A DNA stretch of 48,672 nucleotides from Chara braunii (GCA_003427395.1 BFEA01000043.1:1184910-1233581); one strand, 5' to 3'; numbered from the stretch's first letter, positions 11,501 through 22,698 are shown. Program-made: numbers and translations. Notes: generated by a model from the letters alone, not told the origin.

Positions 11501-14500
11501 GCGCTGCCTCCTCCAACTCCCTCCATTTCCTGCCAGCACCCCATCCTCTCCCCATCGACTGCATGTTCCCTCTCCACATTATCCTCGACCACTCTCTCTC
11601 CTCCGACTTGCTCACTTTCTTCTCTCTCTTCCACAAGGAGTGCAACCTGCATGTCCGTTCTCTCCCTTACCCCTCCGTCCTGAAGGAGATAAGCCTTCAC
11701 GCACTCCCTCTCAACCGTTACTCTCTCCACCTCCAGTCTATGTAGCTTACTTCTCTGGTGCTTGACTTGATCTTCCTCTGTCTCCTCTTTCATTCTTTGC
11801 AGCACAATTTGATGTTCCTTCACGATTTGATGTTCCTTTTCCTCCTCTCGCAGGTGCTCCACTACTCTCTGCCCTTCAGTTCCCAGTCCTTTCTCCATCG
11901 AGAGCTCTCCACTCTCTCCTCGCACATCAACTTCAAGTTGACGCTGCTCGTCAACGTGGCAGCCCTCCCCTCCCCACGCTCCCTCCCTCACATCTTCTTC
12001 TCTCTCCCTGCACCTTTGCCTCCCTCCCTCCCTTCCCTCTCTCCTTGCACCCATTTTGTCTTGTTGCTCCTCCTCCATCTGCTGCTTCATTCTATTTATG
12101 GAAAGTTGCCACTTCTGTTCTAGAGGGATCCCATGCTCATCTACCCTTATTTTACTAACACCACTACCCCTCTTCAATCCCAACCCCATCCTCTCTACGC
12201 TCTGGCCGATTTTCTCCACTCCCTTCAGCATAGCCATCATACTGCTCGTCACCATCCCTCCCGCAGGTGCAGGCATCTTTATCATGATCTGCATGCCCCC
12301 TCCTCCCTCTCTCTCACCATCCTCCATCACCCCTTTCCTCCTACCCCCCCCAGTTTGGATCCATACCTTGCAACTCACATTACCAAATCCCACAATCCGT
12401 TCCTTCATGTCTACAACAGGCCCTGCACCAGTCCCTCGTCCAGTTCCTGGCCCAGTCTCTCCAGCATTTTCTGGTCCACTCCCTGGTCCACTCCCTGGCC
12501 CAGTCTCTCCAGCAGTTTCTGGTCCACTCCCTGGTCCACTCCCTGGTCCACTCCCTGGTCCACTTCCTGGTCCACTTCCTGGTCCAATCCTTGGGACCGC
12601 TGGCAGACAATTTCCGGGGCCGATACCGGTGCCAGGTAGGCTATGTGCCTGCCAACGGCCACTTGTTTCTCCCATCTTGCTACAGCTCTCTTGGTGTCCA
12701 CCACTTTCACTGCCGACTTTTTTTGAAGATGTCGAGGACATGGCCATGTCTATGGGGGTGGTCATGCTCTCCTTGTCCATCCCCTCCCTTCCATTTCTTC
12801 CCGTCCCTTCATTTTGTAATGCCCATACTCTTCCTCCCGTCCCCTCCCTCCCATCACTAAAGCTCTCAGAGGCTGTTGCAGCTTCTGCTGCAAGCAAGAT
12901 CATGGGGGGGTCCTCCTCTTCCCCCTCCAAGTTAACCCTTCCTTTCCCGCTGGATATTCTAAGCTCAAGGCCATTCTCCTCTGACCTCTCTTGCGGAAAG
13001 ACATGATCCTCAGGCACCTCTACTACTTCGGCTTGTGGACGACTTTTCCAACCAAGCACCAAGGGACGTCGAGAAGTTCTGATGGGTCCAGCACTAGTTC
13101 CCTCCTCGCCTTCCTCTTCCCAGATAGTCCCACAGCAATCCTTGCTTGTGAAAGTCGTACTCTCCTCTGTCTCTCTTCCTTGTTCGACCATATCGTTGCC
13201 CATCTCTTCCTCCTCGTTACTCCACAGCACGACGCCATAGTCAGACGTCAAGCGCTCACAGGCCTTCGGAGAAGTGACGGCATGAACTGCAGTCTTGCTG
13301 CGGAACTTCACTAGCGCTGTGCTTTCCTCTTCCCACATTGTCCCATGGCGGTCCTTGATCCTGAACCTCCCACTCTCAGCTGTCTTTCTTCCTTGGTCCA
13401 CATCGTCACTCCTTACCTCTTCCTCCTCATTATCTCGTGCCAGCATTGGCTGAACATGCCATGATGGTCCTGCATCTCCACCTCCTCCTCCTCCTCCTCT
13501 TCCTCCTCCTACTCTTCCTCCTTCTCCTACTCTTCCTCCTTCTCTTCGTCGATCTCCTCCTCCTCTTCCTACTCTCCCTCCTCTTCTTCCTCCTTCTCCT
13601 CCCTCTCCTCTCTGCCAGCTCCACACCTTACTACCCATCCCAGCACCAAATGTCATCACAATGTCCGTATCGTTGTCGTCAACACGTGCCACTCCGGAGT
13701 CCTGGTACCCTGCAGATACAGAAAGTCTTCTTCGGAAGGCTTGCAAGGTACTCTGTGGCTGAGGGCCATGGAATGCCATCCGACCTCCCTCCTCCAACTC
13801 ATCACCATCGTCATTGGCATGGTCTTCTTTCTTCTGCACACCATCGTTTACCTCCACATCATCTTTTGGCTTCACCTCAGACGAAGCTGAGTCAAGTCCC
13901 TCGTTAAGAACGGAACCTGAATCCACGCTGCTCTGCTTCTGGTACCTTAGGCTAGGGCTCTGAGGTCTCAGATGGCCTCTGCACTCGCCGCAGTGGAGAG
14001 CTGCAGCGGCAATCTCTTCCTCACCATCCATCTTCTTCACATTCAACGGATGCGATCTCTTCTTCAGCATCAGGTCCACGCTTCCTGTCGTACGATCGAC
14101 CATCAAAAGCCGCTCTGGAGAACGACTGATGTTACACTTCTCGACGTTCTCGTTCAGCTCATTTCCATGGACATGGTCTCCATCCACAGGCGAGATATCT
14201 GACACCTGCCAGCTGCTTCCCGAAGCAGTCTGCAGCGTGCTTTGCTTCGCCATCCACTGGACGATTGACTTCATAGTCACAGCGGCAGCGGCAATTTGGG
14301 TCCCGGAACCCCACTTACTCGTCAGCATTCTCCCGTCCTCAAGAGAACCCCTGGAAAAAACTCCAGGTGCCTTCAAGTTGGACCCAGCTGCAGGTGCCTT
14401 GGGACCACCACCTGCAGTTCCCTTGGAACTAACTGCTTGTGCCTTGGGACCACCACCTGCAGCTGCATTTGGACCACCAACTGCAGCTGCCTTGGGACCA

Positions 14501-16563
14501 CCAACTGCAGTTGCCTTGGAACTAGCTGCTGGTGCCTTGGGACCACCACCTGCAGGTGCCTTGGGACCACCACCTGCAGTTGCTTTTGAACTAACTGCTG
14601 GTGCCTTGGGACCACCAACTGCAGTTGCGCTGGAACTAACAGCAGGTCCCAACGTGATGGTACCAACTTCAGGTGCCTTGAAACAAGAGCCAGGTATCGC
14701 GGAACCAACTGCGGACACCTTGGAATGATGCAACGATGGCTGACGAGGAGAAGGTTGGTCCTGCCCGCGCCCATGATGTGCACCATGGTTCGCACCTGGA
14801 ACGTCGTTCGGACCAGGAACAAGAAATAGAACAGCAGCACCATCTGCATCGAACCCGAGAGAAGGACAGGCGAGGGGACGAACTTGAGGCTCACCTTTCT
14901 CCCAAGCGATGGAGAGAGACACATAAGCGCCTTCCACGTGGCGCACAGTGGCAGTCACCGGCTGCAGCGAGTCGCGTAGCGACATCCATAACCCCGACGC
15001 CGACGGGTCTGGGTTACACTCAGCATGGCCAGGTCGCATTCGAGCTCTCGGCATGACCTCCCCACAGAAGGGCAGAACTTCAACTTCATCCCGAGCGCTG
15101 GCTATGGTATGGCCTTCTTTACAAACACCACCACCTCCTCCTCCTCCTCCTCCTCTGCCTCTTGCTTCTTTCCAACCACAAACACTTCCTCCTCCTCCTC
15201 CTCCTCCTCCTAACTTGTCCTCAGGGAGACCAAGCAATAAGATACTTTGACCAACAAACACTGGGTCAATTGCTGCGACCGCGGGATTCAGATGTCCCGT
15301 GCCTAGAAGTCCCAAGGGCGCATTCAAATGTCCCATGCCCAGAGGTCCCAGGGGTCCCTGAGCGGGATACGGACCGCAGGTTACCTCCTCGCACATAACG
15401 ATGCAGACACCCAGTTCATGACAACTAAGAAACAGTTTGTGGGGTAGCAACCTCCTCCTCTCGACTAGTACTTGAGAGTCAAAGGAGTCCAAGTCGCCGG
15501 GACCACCACCCTCCCTCCCTAGGAACGCAGGCAGAGAGGCACATACGCTCTCCTTCCTCGCCACCCTCTCCAACCACGTGGGTTGGACTCCCTCTCCTCC
15601 TACACTACGTCCCCTCCCAATGCCATAATTCACCTTTTCCTTAACCTTATCCACATCTTCGCTCACTATCTTACCCATTCCGACCCCACTTTTCGCATCT
15701 GCAACACCAAAACGACGTTTGTCCTGAAGCCCGGCAACACAAGAAGGACGAGGAGACTGGATCCCGATCGCGGCTTCTAGGGCTCGATCAGAGGTACTGC
15801 GACCGATAACAGAGGTACTAGTCAAACCGGTCGCAGGGGTACTACTACCAGCAGCAGAGGTTCTGCTACCGGTCGTAGCAGTACCTCTGCTGCCGCTGGA
15901 TCCCGAGGAGGATGCACCGACCAGAATATGCAGTTGGCTGGCAAGCTCGATGGTAGGGACCACGTTCGCACTTGTCATGACGAGGCACGGGCTGACGAGC
16001 ACGCCCATGCCAAGCACATATGGCCGTCCAACTGCGTTGACGTCATCAGAAACCTCACTATTAACTGGCCGTCGACGTACGTTGATGACGACGTCATCAT
16101 ATATATCCTTCTCCGGATACTCTAGCCGTCCAAATGCTACATCACCAGATGAAAGCTTATCCGGATCCCGACTCCCGGTTGGAACACCCGGCATGCTGCT
16201 GACAAGCCCATGTGGGGACCGTCCAAGTACGTTCTTGTTAACGTCATCGTATGTATCCTTATCCCTATCCTTCTCGTCAGACAACAGCTCGTCCGGATCT
16301 CGACGGCCGGTCGGCACACCCGGCGTGCTGGCAAGCACACGTGGCCGACCAATTACGTTGACGTCATTAGATCGCTCAGTGTCTGGCCGTGCAAATACGT
16401 CACCCGGGACCTTATCCGGATCCCGACCGCCGGTTCGAGAGTATCGGATGAAGAAGACGACAGGATGTCTGCTGTCCATGATCAGCTCCTCAGGATCGAG
16501 GCCGTCGAAATCGGAATTGCGTTTCTGCCCTCCCCCAGACGTGCAACATGTAAACAAACCCAT
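8437..16563 (-). CDS. giant single-exon low-complexity (G/E/S-rich, largely disordered) hypothetical protein with internal repeats and a possible N-terminal acylation motif
   Basis: 8.1 kb without a stop; internal repeats keep frame ((GGA)n, 12-bp GPGS, GGPKA repeats, 126-bp duplication at ~9895-10140); starts MGLFTCC. Confidence 0.8.
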   Translation of the reverse strand: MGLFTCCTSGGGQKRNSDFDGLDPEELIMDSRHPVVFFIRYSRTGGRDPDKVPGDVFARPDTERSNDVNVIGRPRVLASTPGVPTGRRDPDELLSDEKDRDKDTYDDVNKNVLGRSPHGLVSSMPGVPTGSRDPDKLSSGDVAFGRLEYPEKDIYDDVVINVRRRPVNSEVSDDVNAVGRPYVLGMGVLVSPCLVMTSANVVPTIELASQLHILVGASSSGSSGSRGTATTGSRTSAAGSSTPATGLTSTSVIGRSTSDRALEAAIGIQSPRPSCVAGLQDKRRFGVADAKSGVGMGKIVSEDVDKVKEKVNYGIGRGRSVGGEGVQPTWLERVARKESVCASLPAFLGREGGGPGDLDSFDSQVLVERRRLLPHKLFLSCHELGVCIVMCEEVTCGPYPAQGPLGPLGMGHLNAPLGLLGTGHLNPAVAAIDPVFVGQSILLLGLPEDKLGGGGGGGGSVCGWKEARGRGGGGGGGGGVCKEGHTIASARDEVEVLPFCGEVMPRARMRPGHAECNPDPSASGLWMSLRDSLQPVTATVRHVEGAYVSLSIAWEKGEPQVRPLACPSLGFDADGAAVLFLVPGPNDVPGANHGAHHGRGQDQPSPRQPSLHHSKVSAVGSAIPGSCFKAPEVGTITLGPAVSSSATAVGGPKAPAVSSKATAGGGPKAPAGGGPKAPAASSKATAVGGPKAAAVGGPNAAAGGGPKAQAVSSKGTAGGGPKAPAAGSNLKAPGVFSRGSLEDGRMLTSKWGSGTQIAAAAVTMKSIVQWMAKQSTLQTASGSSWQVSDISPVDGDHVHGNELNENVEKCNISRSPERLLMVDRTTGSVDLMLKKRSHPLNVKKMDGEEEIAAAALHCGECRGHLRPQSPSLRYQKQSSVDSGSVLNEGLDSASSEVKPKDDVEVNDGVQKKEDHANDDGDELEEGGRMAFHGPQPQSTLQAFRRRLSVSAGYQDSGVARVDDNDTDIVMTFGAGMGSKVWSWQRGEGGEGGRRGGRVGRGGGDRRREGGRVGEGGRVGGGRGGGGGGGDAGPSWHVQPMLARDNEEEEVRSDDVDQGRKTAESGRFRIKDRHGTMWEEESTALVKFRSKTAVHAVTSPKACERLTSDYGVVLWSNEEEEMGNDMVEQGRETEESTTFTSKDCCGTIWEEEGEEGTSAGPIRTSRRPLVLGWKSRPQAEVVEVPEDHVFPQERSEENGLELRISSGKGRVNLEGEEEDPPMILLAAEAATASESFSDGREGTGGRVWALQNEGTGRNGREGMDKESMTTPIDMAMSSTSSKKVGSESGGHQESCSKMGETSGRWQAHSLPGTGIGPGNCLPAVPRIGPGSGPGSGPGSGPGSGPGSGPETAGETGPGSGPGSGPENAGETGPGTGRGTGAGPVVDMKERIVGFGNVSCKVWIQTGGGRRKGVMEDGEREGGGGMQIMIKMPAPAGGMVTSSMMAMLKGVEKIGQSVERMGLGLKRGSGVSKIRVDEHGIPLEQKWQLSINRMKQQMEEEQQDKMGARREGREGGRQRCREREEDVREGAWGGEGCHVDEQRQLEVDVRGESGELSMEKGLGTEGQRVVEHLREEEKEHQIVKEHQIVLQRMKEETEEDQVKHQRSKLHRLEVERVTVERECVKAYLLQDGGVRERTDMQVALLVEEREESEQVGGERVVEDNVEREHAVDGERMGCWQEMEGVGGGSAKDYLQLKQEDRGRGSCEREANDVQRKHGVRKERVGCWQGMEEVTRDSIKDDLQFKREDMEGENWERKTRGVEDAELFIQQTDMKDVTQRLEEVAQIVGERVVGCLQEEDGCMRVKMKGDLGKAQGEGEEGGGNHPQEDNSEAVDELVRASDGNEQQQRIPEVAISSVLAVVSATAAVACAVMGGGGSGYDNRNPLQKDGAVVEGGSSEDEKESDSAPGSAVIPGAEVSVRAGLVEGLNEDLEPLTYRGKDEWSERDMDQVISTNRKDETELESTPGSAVIPLGPVGVCAGVGEELNADLQSLTCGGKDQREDERDMDAVISAKRKDEAVASPDAWADLKAHINEKESSFGPGSGEGVVVGGGGGGSGSGGGGGGGGGGGGGGEVAVVDGDGSCKQLTYDADGPGSCKRLENDGQLSHQEQAVETPEGEHPDVTRDSVNGCLLLEELISRRCVDGMEKSLMEQAMDGGISTEASRSVPMSDPVAEHGLVFASKEGNGMEKSLMEQAMDGGISTEASQSVPMSDPVAEHGLVFASKERTLGDDGDHQEVKRKPWRGYVEIPRRGAMPEIVVIYEICPHRKVDEDGVLSSDRAAVNTEVKSVDHNGNEVKDIPNPSDGTPGSERKENGGRDVAASKSRSSMAPAVCSDTASSSRGSSSPFGGCLGFRPPEKHRRVDGGLGIRPLQGQEGVSVKLAALKQKGDEKAEKLVRGNGPAPSAIDQGGSSQRRDQHVRESFEGLIGIASTLGKLTDKRIVRRQLMSTFGSLGIESKPTIAPVSEPRSGQQPASGLFSGNGLVQRPEPPVSGPRSGQQPACGRVLGQHTIPAPVSGRGSATLPVHMSGQGPTLGLGQMPAPVSGHGLLAKHGLELGSGYVGSVASLENRWGLGRIPPRHQPKPGSAVAQVSSQEHTGGHTLAGQEQVPKPGSEVRFRLCHIYGQGPGSGPRLGHNLLVQGSKEGSLFASGPASGPVQGATNGPMSGPVGRNHGLERGGHSPVGGGWGWGWGWAQGQERGPGWSRRWWIC

Positions 16564-16905
16564 GCTTCCTTTTTTTTTTTCCCCCCTTCTCTTTTATTAT
16601 TAATAAAAAATATGGCCTTCCGTGACAAAAAAAAACACCCTAGACCTCCCCACTAAGAGAGAACTGGGGTACGTTAATCACTCGCACCACAAAAAAAAAA
16701 AAAAGGGAAAATAAAAGAGAGGAGGTAAGTTCGAAAACTTGAAAAGGGGTATGGTTGAAAAAAAACAAAAAGAAAAACAAAGGGGTATGGTTATACACAA
16801 GGTCCTTGCAAGGCTTCCAAATGACAGACAATCCGGAATTAAAAAATAAATAAAAAGTGATAAAGACAGGCAATCTATGGCCAACGCTACCAATTACTAC
16901 TTAAC

Positions 16906-16936
<31 letters not shown>

Positions 16937-18059
16937 GACAGAATAAAAAGAGACAAAGGAGCACACCATGGAGCTCACTGCTTTCGATCCCGCGCTCATC
17001 GGTCCAGCTGGCAAGCGATTGCGATCCCGACCCTGCTCTTACTACCCCAGCTGGCAAGCCAATAGCAAAGCGCGCCAATGGCTGAGAACTCCACTACTTG
17101 TCAGGTAGAATTAAACGTAACATAGCTAAGGAAAAAACAAAAAACCGAAAAAAAAAGAAAAAAAAAGCCCTCGCAACTTCGCAAGGCTGCAAGGGACGTC
17201 GTTACCGGGAAAAGCGGGGGGGGGGAAGGGGACGACAACAAAAAAACAAGTAGAAAGGACGCCGTAATCAAAAGGCTTCCCCAAAAACAAATAAATTAAT
17301 CAAAAGGGCTTATTTGAGAGGACCTCAGTGCTACAAGCTTTAGCAACTAAAAAAATTATCAAAATAGACCTGGCCGCTCCTATTACCCTTATCTAGAGAT
17401 ATTTGGATTTGCCCGCCTATTCAAAAAAAAAAAAAAAACTCACGTGCTCTATAGACAAGGGGTAGAAAATGTAGACTCAGTTACTCCACTCGAACGAAGC
17501 GATGCTAGCCCATCGCTATGGCAACTATAAATAGACGCAGCGATTCTGAGCGGGAAAAAAAACGGAAAAAAACAAATAAATAAATAAATAAACAATCGGG
17601 TAGTCGTGGCGACTCAAATAATGAAATGAATTAATAATATATACATATATTATTATAAATATTTGGAGACTAAAAACAGACCCAATACAGTAATGGCCCT
17701 GACAGCCGCATGTCAGAGAGTCGCAGGCGGATAACTAGAGTAGTTACCAAAACGGATAAAAAGCGGAAGCACAGATCCACCTTCTCGGAGAGCTAAAAGT
17801 AGAAACGCAGACCCAAACGGATAAAAAGCGCAGGAAGAGATCGTCTGTTCTTGTGCACCGTACAAGCCACGTTCTCCGAGATCTAAAAATAGAACACATA
17901 TAATTCCCAAAAGAAAAAGACAATGCAAAAATAATTCCGATAAAGAGGCAGGACATCCAACCCATACAAGACACGAATTTAATTCCAACACAAATAATTC
18001 CAAGACACAAACCTAACCAATAGGAAAAATATATATATATATATATATAATATAACCAA

Positions 18060-18175
18060 TAGCCAACAAGGCCAATCCCGAAGAGACTCAGGAGAACACA
18101 CAGCGAGAGAGAGAGAGAGAGCGAGAGAGAGACAGAGTAGCCAACAAGGCCAAGCCGGAAGAGACTCAGGAGAAC

Positions 18176-18258
<83 letters not shown>

Positions 18259-18281
18259 AAACAACAAGGCCAAGCCGGAGG
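18060..18281 (+). repeat. compound repeat: ~44-bp unit followed by (GA)n, 2 full copies and 1 partial
   Basis: agccaacaaggccaa...gaagagactcaggagaacaca at ~18061 and ~18139; partial copy at ~18261. Confidence 0.85.
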
Positions 18282-18674
18282 AAACTCGTATCCACGACCT
18301 CCCTTGTGGGAAGCCTCCGGTGCACCATCTCTCTACCACATTGTCCTCCTCTCGCCCTCCCTCACTGCCCACCGTCACAGTTAACCAGGCGACAAGATGT
18401 CACTCTTCGTAAACCTACCCTCTCTCCTCCCTTCCACGTCACCGACTCCCATACCCACCCACCCACCCACCCACCCACCAACTTCTCCAGGAGAAAATTA
18501 CACGCCCGCCCGCCGCGGCTCACTTGCCACTAAAAGACGACCGACCTCTTCTTGTACTCTTCTCCTATCCCGAGATTGCACCGGCTACGCTGTCTTCCCA
18601 GGAGCCAGTCCCAATCCAATCCCGACGGACAGCGGACCTCGCACACGTGGGACCAGGATCGAAAAAACGTACTA

Positions 18675-18676
<2 letters not shown>

Positions 18677-18716
<40 letters not shown>

Positions 18717-18935
18717 GCGACAGCCTTGAGATATCAACATAGAAAAAAATTAATTAAAAAAATCAACATAGAACTGACCAGCCCGTGGTAATTCAGAATT
18801 TGACTCACTAGTTGCAGCTGGATTCGAGCTCACGTCTGCCTTTCTCTTTTTTTTTTCTTTTTTTCTTTTTTTTTTTCTGCCTTTCAACAGCTCATAGGTG
18901 GTACCTACTGAGCTGGGCCCATTGGTACTAGTCTT
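18677..18935 (-). mobile_element. tRNA-derived SINE-like element (family A) with poly(A) tail
   Basis: Minus strand has gcccagctcagtaggta (A-box-like), gagctcgaatcc (B-box-like), a conserved 3' end gatatctcaaggctgtcgcc and poly(A); homologous to 23058-23200 and 30841-31025. Confidence 0.65.
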
Positions 18936-19008
18936 GTTTTTTTGGCCCTTCTCCCCCTCGTCGGTTGTGTGACGAATCGACGTCGTTTCTGAGCCGGGGG
19001 CCAACCAA

Positions 19009-19168
19009 GTCCCGCGAGCAGCAGCGTTGAGTTTCCTCAACGCCCCGAATCTGGTCGTGCTTGTGGAGATATGCAGAAATGGCGTTGACTTTCCTCAACC
19101 GCACATATCCACAAGCACGTCCAGATTCAGGCGTTAAGGGAACTCAACGCTGCTGCTGCTAGTGGGAC
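19009..19168. repeat. foldback / MITE-like inverted repeat with ~65-bp arms
   Basis: agcagcagcgttgagtttcctcaacgccccgaatctggtcgtgcttgtgga pairs with its near reverse complement at ~19107-19160. Confidence 0.85.
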
Positions 19169-19227
19169 ATCGCTACGGGGGCGAGTATACACTGTCCTTC
19201 AACCAAACCGTCGTTCGACGCCTGGGC

Positions 19228-19293
19228 GCAAAGTCAATGGGCGACACAAAAGTCAATGGGCGACACAAAGTCAATGGGCGACACAAAGTCAAC
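19228..19293 (+). repeat. 18-bp tandem repeat (aaagtcaatgggcgacac) x~3.5
   Basis: Direct reading. Confidence 0.9.
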
Positions 19294-19884
19294 GGGCGCC
19301 TTTTCCAGGCGAAGAAAAAATGCGCGACGGGTTTGAGATATCGTCAGCGCCCTTTCAAAAAAAAAAAAAAAAAAAAATCAGCCCTTTCATCTGCAGCTCC
19401 ATCATCACGTTTTTTTTCCTTCTTTTTCTTTTTCTCCTTCATCACTTTGCTTCTCCGTTTCCTCCTCTCTTCCTCTGTTCACCGTTTATCTACACTGCCA
19501 GGGAACACCCAACCCCCACGTACCTCTCCCTTTGCCTCTCCTGTATCGCCAGCCAAAAAGTGTCCGCGCCGTTTCTTCTGTTTTTTTTTGTGCCCAGGGG
19601 GGATCTGATTCAGCCAAAGGAAGCCTCAAATTGCTTTTGGTCTAAACATCGCTGACAGGGGCGTGCCACAAAGTTTGCCGGAGAGAAAGGCATTTGGGAA
19701 ATACCCAATCTATAAGGGACATAAAATGAAATACGGCGTCTTTCACGGGCATGAAAATTTGCCCTATTTATACTTTTGTTATTTATTTAGAGGTATTCTT
19801 TTATCTTCATTTTAAGATTTTTATATTTGTATTTCACTTCTTTGAAGCCGGTGAAACTTGGCAGGATGTGGAAAATTTGGCTCC

Positions 19885-22298
19885 TCATGCACGAGGAGGA
19901 GGTTTAAAATCTGACAGTCCCAGCTGGTGCACCGCCTTTTTTGCCTTTTTCTGGTGCAACAGCCGTGAAGGGAGAAGGGCAGACGTCACAGCTGTTGCTG
20001 CCATCAGCGAGGGCGAAAGTATTTTTGGACACAAGGGAGTTTCGAGGACGTACCTAGCCAAACTTACAATTGAATTCTCCAACAAAATTTCAGAATGCTC
20101 TCATGTGAGTTTGCTTGGAATATACTAACCACTCGTTCTGGGCCCCAAGAGGAGTAGGAGGAGGAGGACGAGGAGGACGAGGAGGTGGAGAGATAGAAGA
20201 AAAAAAGAAGAACAAGAAGGACAAGAAGAAGAAGAAGAAGAAGAAGAAGAAGAAGAAGAGTTTGTCTTCCTTGCAAATATCAATGGTTCAGGAATCATAG
20301 TCGGGAAAATCAGATTCAAAAGTTCTCCTCTGCGCATAAACTTCGGGTGTCAGGGTTAGAATTTAAGGTCGAGGTTCACAGTTTAGGCTCTAGGGTTTAG
20401 GGGTCAAGGTTTCGGGACCAAGGCTTAGGGGATGGGGTACAGACCTTAGGTTGTAGGGTTTACAGTATTGGGATCAAGGTTTAGGGAATGGGCTTTAAGA
20501 TTATGGGTTCAGGGTTTAAGGGTTTGGAGTTAGGGTTTCAGGGTTGAGGGTTGGGGGTTCAGGGTTTTGGAATTGAGGTTTAGTGGATGGTTTCAGGGTT
20601 TGCGGTCTAAGTCTATATGTTTAGGGTTTTGCGGATTAAGGCTTAGGATTGGGGGTTTAGGGTTAGGGTTTTAGGGTTCAAGGATTAAGGCTTAGTGTTT
20701 TGGGCTTTGGGTTTACGGTTCACGGTTTAGGGTCTATGTTGCTCTGGAGCTTACGAGATTGTAGGTGTCAGTACAACAATAGTAGACCATGTTAATGCTT
20801 GTCCTTCTTCCTCAAAGTTGTTTTCCTTCTTCTGAAAGAAAAACCTGCAAGATTTAGCCCATAGATATGGAAGACGGAATGTCATCATAGTGTTAAAAAA
20901 ACAGAAAATCATACCAGGGAAGAAGCATACAAATCACGTTAGGCTTTTCTTTCCCCCAAAATACAAACAAAAGAAATAAGAAAAAGGTGCACATGCTTTG
21001 TAGTACACAACGTGGAGAATCTGGAGATATTAGAGAGATCATAGGAACCCGGATGAAAAAGGGAGGAAATAAATGGCAAAGGAAGAAGCAAGTAGGGGTG
21101 GAGAGGACAGGACATAAGGATGGCAAAGGAAGAGACGATGAAGGGCAAACACGGACTGGGGGATAATGTGACAAGAAGTTCACAAGAAATGAGAAGAACT
21201 GTGGAAGCGAAGAAAGAGAAGGTCGTGGACAAGAAAAAAAAAGTACGGAAGAGCAGAAAGAAAAGGCGAGGGAGGAAAGAAAGAAGAGGAAAAGACAGGA
21301 GTGCATATGTCAAGGCAAGACAGGAAAGGGAAAAGAGGAGAAGAGAAAAGAAGAGTCGATGGCAGGAGAAAAGAGAAGCGAAGAGAGAGGAAAGGAAAGG
21401 AGAGAAGACGAGACCAAAAGTGAGAAAAGAACAAAGAGAAAGTGAACAAAATAAAAGAAGAAAAGAAGAGAGGGAAGTGATGAGAAGAGGAGAAGAAAAA
21501 GGAAGACAAGAGAAGAGAGGAGAGGAAAGAAAGGAGGAGAAGGAGGACATGAAAGGACAAAAAAAAATAGGAGAGGAGAAGAGAAAAGATGAGAAAATAA
21601 GAGAAGGGAAGCGAAGGGAAGGGAAGAGAAGAGAAGACAAGACAAGACAAGACAAGACAAGACAAGACAAGAGGAGAAAAGAAGAGAAAAAACGAGCAGA
21701 TGAGAGAAGGCAGGAGAAGAGGAGGGAAAAGATGTGAAGAAAACAGGAAAGGGGGAAAGAAGTGGAGAAGAGAAGAGTACATGAGAAGAGGGGACGGGAG
21801 GAGAAGAAAATACAAGAGAAGAGAAGAGAAGAGAAGAGAAGAGAAGAGAAGATAGAAACGAGGAGAGGAAAGGAGAGGAGAGGAGAGGAGAAGAGACAAG
21901 AGAAAAAAAGAGGGAAGGAGAGGAGAGGAGGGTAGAAGAAAAAAGAGGCAAAGAGAAGACAAGAGAAGAGAAAAGGCTAGAAACGAAGAGAAAAGAGAAG
22001 AGAAGAGAAAAGAAAAGAAAAGGAAAGCAATAAGTAGACAAAAACAGAAAAAAAAGAAATAAAGAGAAGAGAAGAGACAAGAAGAGGCGAAGGGACGAGA
22101 AGAGAAAAAAGATGACAAGAGAGAAATCAAGAAGAGAAAGAAAGAAAAGAAAGAAGACGAAGAGACAAATCAGAAGAAGAAGAGGAAAAAGATAAGAATA
22201 AACAAAAGAAAGGGAAAGAGGTCAAAAAAGAATGCAGCAAAAGAAAAGTTAAAGAAAAGAACCTAAAAAAAAAAAAAAAAAAANNNNNNNNNNNNNNN

Positions 22299-22397
<99 letters not shown>

Positions 22398-22498
22398 CAC
22401 AGACACGCGCGCTCAAACCATTTGGGCAGCGCGCTCTCACAGGTGCTTGCACCCTCGGTTGTACAAAGGAGCTGTCGTTGTCACGCCCCCGTCAAATG

Positions 22499-22550
<52 letters not shown>

Positions 22551-22577
22551 CTGTCTTTGTCACGCCTTCGTCAAATG

Positions 22578-22653
<76 letters not shown>

Positions 22654-22698
22654 CCCCGCCCCTTCCCCCCTCTTCTCTCGCGGCGTTTCCCCCCTCCG

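Noticed and set aside
9353-16656. Numerous + strand ORFs overlapping the giant ORF
   Set aside because: Antisense shadows of a compositionally biased coding strand.
20893-22130. Long L/F/S-rich and K/R/E-rich ORFs
   Set aside because: Artefacts of a polypurine tract that lacks stop codons; it lies in a predicted intron.
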